64,000 bases of DNA from a virus (Duplodnaviria > Caudoviricetes): positions 320,001 through 384,000 of IMG/VR virus record IMGVR_UViG_3300011989_000257; one strand, 5' to 3'. Below are positions 58,601 to 64,000 of this stretch, one piece after another. The position numbers and the translations under genes were made by a program. Below the pieces are notes generated by a model, which did no database searches, was not told where the DNA came from, and worked only from the letters and a program-made list of their open reading frames with translations. The first letter of the stretch is position 1. Each line of letters opens with the position of its first letter.

Positions 58601-58671
58601 TTGGGGTAGTAGGATTCGAACCTACTCAAACAGCTCCAAAAACTGTTGTGCTACCATTACACCATACCCCA
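58601..58671 (-). tRNA. tRNA-Gln (anticodon TTG)
   Basis: TGGGGTA..TACCCCA acceptor stem; ACAGT-TTTTGGA-GCTGT anticodon arm; GTAGG-TTCGAAT-CCTAC T arm; no encoded CCA. Confidence 0.93.
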
Positions 58672-58771
58672 ATGTAATGGGCATTTGGGCAATACCATAA
58701 TACCCATATAGCATCCGTTTGTTCCAATTATAGCAGTTAGTAACGTGATTTAAACAACTCGCCAAACAAAG

Positions 58772-58855
58772 TACCCTCGGAGGGACTCGAACCCTCACGT
58801 ATATTTCAACACCACATCCTTAGTGTGGCCTCTATACCAATTCGAGTACGAGGGC
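58772..58855 (-). tRNA. tRNA-Leu (anticodon AAG)
   Basis: GCCCTCG..CGAGGGT acceptor stem, A73; CCACA-CTAAGGA-TGTGG anticodon arm; long variable arm; GAGGG-TTCGAGT-CCCTC. Confidence 0.92.
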
Positions 58856-58861
58856 ATATCA

Positions 58862-59062
58862 TTATATATTAAAAATCTCAACGAATTTCTTTCCCAAATC
58901 TGTTAATTCAAATGAGCCATTATTTTCCTTAATAACGCCAAGATTAGCAAGTCTTTCAACGTTATTTTCACCAATGACTTCTGACAGTTTATCAATATTT
59001 CCTATCCCATCAATAATCATTGGCTCATGCATAATGGTTTTAAATGGGATGTACTTTTCCAT
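58862..59062 (-). CDS. Small hypothetical protein between two tRNA-Leu genes (possible winged helix)
   Basis: L..LGVI......FELTDLGK ending; ATG 2 nt after the tRNA 3' end. Confidence 0.55.
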   Translation of the reverse strand: MEKYIPFKTIMHEPMIIDGIGNIDKLSEVIGENNVERLANLGVIKENNGSFELTDLGKKFVEIFNI

Positions 59063-59063
59063 G

Positions 59064-59147
59064 TAGCTCTAGAGGGACTCGAACCCTCACGCCATCGCTG
59101 ACACTTGATTTTGAGTCAAGCCTGTCTACCAATTCCAGCATAAAGCC
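59064..59147 (-). tRNA. tRNA-Leu (anticodon CAA)
   Basis: GGCTTTA..TAGAGCT acceptor stem; CTTGA-CTCAAAA-TCAAG anticodon arm; long variable arm; TTCGAGT loop. Confidence 0.93.
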
Positions 59148-59194
59148 ATAAAAAATAAAATTGCATTATGAATTAAAATTATCAACTCATAATG

Positions 59195-59226
59195 CAAAGA
59201 TATGAAAAAAAATTGAAATAACCAAA
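59195..59226 (-). promoter_or_regulatory. Bacteroidota-type promoter for the tRNA cluster
   Basis: TTTG-N20-TATCTTTG, overlapped by a downstream hairpin (59161-59197). Confidence 0.85.
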
Positions 59227-59240
59227 TTTATTAATAAAAA

Positions 59241-59369
59241 TTAACGAATAATTCTTTTCTCAATTCTTCTACCACCAACACTTCCGTTATTAAGTGGGTT
59301 ACTTGGTCTCTGTACTGCTTGTTTACTTACAGTAGCTTGATTTTGTTTATTCTTACAACCGCATGCCAT
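59241..59369 (-). CDS. Small basic peptide with N-terminal MACGCK (42 aa, below the track cutoff)
   Basis: MACGCKNKQNQATVSKQAVQRPSNPLNNGSVGGRRIEKRIIR. Confidence 0.6.
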   Translation of the reverse strand: MACGCKNKQNQATVSKQAVQRPSNPLNNGSVGGRRIEKRIIR

Positions 59370-59395
59370 GATATTATATATTTTTAATAACGTTA

Positions 59396-59845
59396 TTAAT
59401 ACTCAGAAAAATAATCTTGCTCACTTGGTATGTCATCTCCGCTATAATCAATCTCAACATTCTTCTCTAAAGTCTGTTGAATGATTCCATTATCTTGGAT
59501 TGGTAGACATTCACCATCTTTACAAATAACAATCTCAACAACTTCAATCGTTGGATTATCTACAATTTCATCTGAGCCATCTGGCACATCATAAGAACTA
59601 GTTCTCATATCTTGTCGCATATATGGATTAGTTTCAACGACAAATTCTATTTGCGCTATTGCATCACCTTGCAAACTAACCTCTATATCGTTTTTCCCTT
59701 GATTAGCAATCAGTTGTTGCTGCACAAGACTTTGCGCAATTGATTGCAAGAGGAAATTTTCATCTTGTTCACGCAATACTCTCAGCACACTACGTTGAAT
59801 GAGATTATGCAAATCTGACTCAGTTAATCTAATTATTTTCTTCAT
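59396..59845 (-). CDS. Acidic protein with an N-terminal RLTESDLH...LRE leader (putative internal virion protein)
   Basis: MKKIIRLTESDLHNLIQRSVLRVLREQ; TATTTAT at 59866-59872. Confidence 0.7.
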   Translation of the reverse strand: MKKIIRLTESDLHNLIQRSVLRVLREQDENFLLQSIAQSLVQQQLIANQGKNDIEVSLQGDAIAQIEFVVETNPYMRQDMRTSSYDVPDGSDEIVDNPTIEVVEIVICKDGECLPIQDNGIIQQTLEKNVEIDYSGDDIPSEQDYFSEY

Positions 59846-59893
59846 TTTAAATGTAATTTTCTAATATAAATATACAATAAAGTTAGAAAATAA

Positions 59894-60118
59894 TCAATAA
59901 TTAACATTAATTTCTTTCAAAATTTGCTTGGTTAGGTCTTTTTCATAACACCAGCGTTTATAATTGGTTATTGGTTTAACCAATCCATACCTACTATAGA
60001 ATTTATTATCTTCTTCATTGAACCAAACATGGGCTATTTTGCCGCTTGTTGTTAGAATCAATATTCTATCAATTTTGCTGTTTGGTTTCTCCTCTTTCAA
60101 CGTTTTCCAAATGCTCAT
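59894..60118 (-). CDS. Hypothetical protein (DUF551-like pattern)
   Basis: W.....EKP......L...G; W.Y near the C-terminus. Confidence 0.55.
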   Translation of the reverse strand: MSIWKTLKEEKPNSKIDRILILTTSGKIAHVWFNEEDNKFYSRYGLVKPITNYKRWCYEKDLTKQILKEINVNY

Positions 60119-60288
60119 TTTTGTTTATATTGTCCTATTTTACAACGGACATAACTATCAGTATCATGCCCATCAACTTTGCATCGACCATCATATCCAG
60201 TTCCAATATGAAAATTCACTATTCCCATATTCTCGAAATGTACACAAGTGTAACATTCCCCATAATGTGAACAACATTTATTACTCAT
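60115..60288 (-). CDS. Small Cys-rich protein
   Basis: MSNKCCSHYGECYTCVHF...GRC...C; ATGA overlap with the downstream gene. Confidence 0.55.
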   Translation of the reverse strand: MSNKCCSHYGECYTCVHFENMGIVNFHIGTGYDGRCKVDGHDTDSYVRCKIGQYKQK

Positions 60289-60707
60289 AATCCTAAATAA
60301 TCTAAAATTGGATAACAATTCTTTCTTATCTCTTCTCTCTCGTCATCAGTATACTTATCAGTCTGGGTTAATAGATAGTCAACCTCTTCCCTTGCATTCC
60401 TTGGGCAAGCGTTTTTAGTGTATCTGCCGCATTCCCAATCAATGACTGCTGCAAGCCAATCCACTTTATTCAAACCATAATGTCGTCCAGAAAATATATG
60501 GTGTTTATTATGGTGCTTATGCCACTTCTGAACCTTCTTATACTCTCCCCAGAATAGTTTCAGCCAAGGCTTCTCAATATCATGTAACAAGTACTTTGGC
60601 TTCCATACACCAAGATTCCAAGCTACCCAGTTATATGCCAAGTAATGATTCCACCAATAAGGAAACGTACTTCTGTCCTTTTTGTCGAATTTTCTAAACT
60701 TTATCAT
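60285..60707 (-). CDS. HD-like protein (DUF5662-like)
   Basis: H..., LLHDIEK, HKHHNKHH, IDWE; start reassigned to MIKFRK. Confidence 0.65.
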   Translation of the reverse strand: MIKFRKFDKKDRSTFPYWWNHYLAYNWVAWNLGVWKPKYLLHDIEKPWLKLFWGEYKKVQKWHKHHNKHHIFSGRHYGLNKVDWLAAVIDWECGRYTKNACPRNAREEVDYLLTQTDKYTDDEREEIRKNCYPILDYLGL

Positions 60708-61011
60708 ATCCTTCAATTTTATTGTCCTTGTTCTTACCAATGTGATAGCCATCGCAGAAAAGGCACTTGTAGAACGAGAAATGTGCCCCACGTTTCTTTG
60801 ACATCGCCTCTGCTGCTTTTTTAGCACTCTCAATAGTGTTGTACGTAACCTTTTCTTTCCTAGTATGCTGATTAACGTGTGAGTTTATGGAAAATGCTCC
60901 CCAAGCGTTTCTAGTGATAAAAAAATTCGTAAACCACCTTTTTCTTTTAATTTGGTCAACTAGCCAAATTTTTAAATTTCTGTATTTAATTTTTTTTATA
61001 TCTTTAAACAT
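60694..61011 (-). CDS. Hypothetical protein with a C-x2-C-x3-H zinc-finger-like motif
   Basis: K..Y.T...A...A; YKCLFCDGYHIG. Confidence 0.7.
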   Translation of the reverse strand: MFKDIKKIKYRNLKIWLVDQIKRKRWFTNFFITRNAWGAFSINSHVNQHTRKEKVTYNTIESAKKAAEAMSKKRGAHFSFYKCLFCDGYHIGKNKDNKIEGYDKV

Positions 61012-61534
61012 AACGATTAGGAGTTATATAACGTATATTCTTATGCATATTGGCAAACTTCAAAATCTTGTTTTTAATTGCTGAAATCTCATTAGTCTGA
61101 TATAACGGAATATTGTATCTCTCGCATACAACTCTAACGTTATCAAACCTATAGAAATTTGGTTCACAAAATACTATTAATTTATGGTCTTTTGCAAATA
61201 ATCCAATCTCCATTAATGATATTGGTGATTTTGAGTTAGCCAATATATTCATTATAATCAAACTAGCATCTTCCAAATGAGATAGTTCCCAATTAATCTG
61301 TTTATCAATCTCACTATGGTCATCAGATGATGGCCACTCAGAACGTCTTGGGTTAAAAACTACGATAGGATGAACTGTGTCACAAGAACTCAGTTCACCT
61401 ATCAATTCATCTTGCCAATTTATACTTTCCCCATTGTCTATAGTGCCTCCTAAAAACACTCTTAATGGCATAATATCATATGTTGTATCTTTGCCATTGC
61501 AGTCATTGGGTGTGAAAACTTTAATTTTATCCAT
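61004..61534 (-). CDS. Nucleoside 2-deoxyribosyltransferase-like protein
   Basis: VFLGGTI, WQ, VFNPRR, QINWEL, SPISLMEIGL, NV..VC.RY.IP. Confidence 0.85.
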   Translation of the reverse strand: MDKIKVFTPNDCNGKDTTYDIMPLRVFLGGTIDNGESINWQDELIGELSSCDTVHPIVVFNPRRSEWPSSDDHSEIDKQINWELSHLEDASLIIMNILANSKSPISLMEIGLFAKDHKLIVFCEPNFYRFDNVRVVCERYNIPLYQTNEISAIKNKILKFANMHKNIRYITPNRYV

Positions 61535-61540
61535 ACTACG

Positions 61541-61572
61541 CAAATATATAGAAAAAAATTAAAATAACCAAA
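61541..61572 (-). promoter_or_regulatory. Bacteroidota-type promoter
   Basis: TTTG-N20-TATATTTG, 7 nt from the ATG. Confidence 0.75.
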
Positions 61573-61573
61573 T

Positions 61574-62257
61574 TTATTCTTCTTTTTTAGCGGAAATTAA
61601 CACTTTATCTGCAATACCCAAATCTACAGCCTCTTGCCCTATAAACCATCTATCTCTATCACAAAGTTTCTCGATTTCCTCAAATGAATGGTTAGTGTTT
61701 TCCGAAAGAATCTTATAAATATCCTCTTGACATCTCAATGTTTGTTCCATTTCTATCTTAATATCAGCAGTATGTCCTTGGAAACCGCTAGAAACAGAAT
61801 GTATCATAACTCTACTATGAGGCAATACAAACCTTTTACCATTATCACCACAACTTAATAGTACTGCGCCCATAGATGCTGCCATACCAATGCAAGTGGT
61901 TGAAATTGGACAATTAATATAATTCATAGTATCAATTAAACCAAGTCCAGAGATTACACTTCCTCCAGGACTATTCACATACATATTAATATCTCTATCA
62001 TCTATTGAAGATAGATAAAGCATCTGTGCAATTGCTGTATTGCATGTATCATCATTAACTGTTCCTGCGAAATAAATGATTCTATCATACATTAATCTTG
62101 AAAACACATCCATTTGTGTTACATTAAGTTGTCTTTCCTCAAGGATGAATGGTGTCATCATGTTATTTACCTTATTAATCTTATCATCAATAACTGATGG
62201 TGATGCATTCACTTTATCAATAGCAAAGTGCCTAAAATCTTTTGTAATATTTTCCAT
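61574..62257 (-). CDS. clpP: ATP-dependent Clp protease proteolytic subunit
   Basis: DVFSRLM.DRII, YVNSPGGSV, MAASMG (Ser), VMIH (His), DRDRW (Asp). Confidence 0.95.
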   Translation of the reverse strand: MENITKDFRHFAIDKVNASPSVIDDKINKVNNMMTPFILEERQLNVTQMDVFSRLMYDRIIYFAGTVNDDTCNTAIAQMLYLSSIDDRDINMYVNSPGGSVISGLGLIDTMNYINCPISTTCIGMAASMGAVLLSCGDNGKRFVLPHSRVMIHSVSSGFQGHTADIKIEMEQTLRCQEDIYKILSENTNHSFEEIEKLCDRDRWFIGQEAVDLGIADKVLISAKKEE

Positions 62258-62553
62258 TATTTTGTATTTGTTAGATATTCATTAAGTAAATCTTCTGTAA
62301 ACACTATAGCTTTCACATTTTTGAAGCTAGCTCTAGTGAAACCCCAAAATTCTATATGTGTGTCATCTATCTCGATTGCAATACTATCTCCGCTTTTAAC
62401 ATATTTATCTATCCAAGGTGCTTTCTCATATACACTTTTGTGCAAGTTATCACTCCTTACAACAAGTTCGCTCTTCTTCTTAGCATTGTTCATAACAACA
62501 AGAACATCACCAGTTCTATCAAACTTGAAATCTTTTATATTAATCCACTCCAT
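62257..62553 (-). CDS. Hypothetical protein
   Basis: Coupled ORF. Confidence 0.65.
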   Translation of the reverse strand: MEWINIKDFKFDRTGDVLVVMNNAKKKSELVVRSDNLHKSVYEKAPWIDKYVKSGDSIAIEIDDTHIEFWGFTRASFKNVKAIVFTEDLLNEYLTNTK

Positions 62554-63100
62554 CGTTTACAATAGTTAAATCTTGTCTTTTGTGGTACTTAAGTTCTCTC
62601 ATTATGAAATCAGTTATCACACTATATGCGCCATCAATAGGTAATGTTGTGTAATTGATTCCATTGTCATCTAGAACTCTTTTGACAGTTTTATCTACCT
62701 CCTTTGCTTCCTCTTCGGTTTGCATTCTACCTTCAATTTGGTACTCACTACCTCTCTCAAGTAGGAAATTAAAGTTGGCAAATTTGTTAAATTGCTCCAT
62801 TATCAATGTGTGGAATGCTTGTGAATTCTCCTTGTCATAGACGATTGATATTGGTAGAGGTGAATCTGTTATGATTACATCAACCTTATCTTTCAATCTC
62901 CATATCTTATGAAACTGTTTGCCGAAGATATAAATCTGGTCATCCATTGTCTTAAATGATTCTTCCCATACCTTATCCTTTGCAAATTCAAGAGCCATTT
63001 CACAGTTGACTCCCATTAGTTTAAGTTCAGCAAATATACGTGCTGCTGTGGTGCTTTTACCAACACCTGGTCCTGCAAATAAATTAATTACTATTGCCAT
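62540..63100 (-). CDS. P-loop kinase (NadR/AAA_28-like)
   Basis: INLFAGPGVGKSTT, EFAKD..W, ITDSPL, GR.Q. Confidence 0.85.
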   Translation of the reverse strand: MAIVINLFAGPGVGKSTTAARIFAELKLMGVNCEMALEFAKDKVWEESFKTMDDQIYIFGKQFHKIWRLKDKVDVIITDSPLPISIVYDKENSQAFHTLIMEQFNKFANFNFLLERGSEYQIEGRMQTEEEAKEVDKTVKRVLDDNGINYTTLPIDGAYSVITDFIMRELKYHKRQDLTIVNDGVD

Positions 63101-63103
63101 ATA

Positions 63104-63319
63104 TTAATTTAAATTTAATTCGTCAAATCTAACGTGCTCACCAGTACGCATATACCAATTTTCCAAAGCAAACTCTATTCTTTGCCTCGTTATAGCATTG
63201 TCAACCTCTCCTTCAAACTGGCTTAATACCTCGTTTAATGTTTGTGGCTCATTCATTGGCATATATTTACCAAATACAATATTAATATTATTTTTTCTAG
63301 GTATTTTTAGTCTTGCCAT
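63104..63319 (-). CDS. Hypothetical protein
   Basis: Coupled ORF. Confidence 0.6.
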   Translation of the reverse strand: MARLKIPRKNNINIVFGKYMPMNEPQTLNEVLSQFEGEVDNAITRQRIEFALENWYMRTGEHVRFDELNLN

Positions 63320-64000
63320 TTATTTTCCCCTTTCCTTTGGATATTCGTAAACTTTATTCAGCTCCAAGAACTTTTTCCTAAGATACTTTGTTTCTCTCTT
63401 ATCTCTTCCCAATACAAATGCATATTTATGCTTGTTTGGAAATATAATCTTCTCAGCTTTCTTGAACATTTCCCTAGAGTATTCCCTAAGTTTCTGCTCA
63501 ACATCATCTGGTACATTCTTCCATTCCATCCTACTTCTATCGTTCCAATCCTTATGCCATTCAATGCCAAGGTCTTTCGCATAAAGCTTATAGAAGCTAC
63601 GAGAACGGAATGTCCTGTCAGAAATCAATGAATTGGGTTTATATGGATTGATACATTTTATTGTACCACCACTCTTTTGTCCTAGATAATAGAAATTAAG
63701 TGCTTGGTATATGCTACCCATTTCCTTTGCTTGTGGGTCACTGTAGCAAGTGAATATACGATACGGTGTGTTGTTCACCATCCACTTGATACACCACATT
63801 ACGAACTTGCTTCCAAGATTGAAGGGACACCATGAGGCAGATGCGCCTCTTGTAATCAACGCTTCAATGTTTTCTGTACCTTCCCCTAAGAGTTTGGAAA
63901 AGGCATTTGGTGGACTCATAATCACAACCCCACCAAGAATGCCTTTATATCTAGCTGTAAACCACTGCATAGGGAAACCATTAACTTCCTCAAGCCACTC
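63320..64000 (-). CDS. Mom-like (GNAT-fold) DNA adenine-modification protein (5'-partial; frame open to the window edge)
   Basis: LITRG......P.N..S......; YSDP....GSIYQALNFYYLG matches the Mom family YAD...G.IYQA.N..Y.G. Confidence 0.72.
   Translation of the reverse strand, partial: EWLEEVNGFPMQWFTARYKGILGGVVIMSPPNAFSKLLGEGTENIEALITRGASASWCPFNLGSKFVMWCIKWMVNNTPYRIFTCYSDPQAKEMGSIYQALNFYYLGQKSGGTIKCINPYKPNSLISDRTFRSRSFYKLYAKDLGIEWHKDWNDRSRMEWKNVPDDVEQKLREYSREMFKKAEKIIFPNKHKYAFVLGRDKRETKYLRKKFLELNKVYEYPKERGK

Noticed and set aside
58672-58770. Additional tRNA or ncRNA between tRNA-Gln and tRNA-Leu
   Set aside because: Only an imperfect hairpin is present; no T-loop (TTCGA) or cloverleaf
1-64000. 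Stop-codon recoding (TAG to Gln, as in Lak and some crAss-like phages)
   Set aside because: Long genes are intact under the standard code, TAG ends several genes cleanly (e.g. 5282, 39865, 45579), and the tRNA-Gln anticodon is TTG, not CTA
1-64000. Bacterial chromosome or integrated prophage
   Set aside because: dnaK, clpP and nrdDG lie within phage-style operons alongside T4-like baseplate, neck and helicase genes; no integrase, att site or host housekeeping synteny is visible

Overview
This 64 kb window is AT-rich (roughly one-third GC by eye) and looks like part of a large (jumbo) T4-like myophage of a Bacteroidota host. It uses the standard genetic code and nearly all genes are on the minus strand. 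Host assignment rests on eight intergenic TTTG-N19/20-TAnnTTTG promoters and on BACON-like domains. Contents: a partial dnaK; a block of small accessory genes; a long virion module (Cys-rich BACON-like adhesins, a tail fibre with an S74 chaperone, large baseplate/tail proteins, gp6- and gp25-like wedges); nrdD, an FTR-like gene and nrdG; a DnaB/gp41 helicase; a 5'-3' exonuclease; a neck protein; three tRNAs; clpP; and a partial Mom-like DNA-modification gene. The best candidate for an undescribed system is a modular family built from shared parts: a ~50-aa N-terminal module, Cys-stapled BACON-like repeats, a shared C-terminal tip domain and a class A acid phosphatase (PAP2) domain. The same phosphatase is encoded twice, once behind the N-terminal module of the putative virion adhesins and once behind a membrane anchor. 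Other notable points are a rare tRNA-Leu(AAG), a ferredoxin:thioredoxin-reductase-like gene inside the nrdD-nrdG operon, and fused terminator/promoter elements. All product calls come from motif recognition by eye; no database searches were run.
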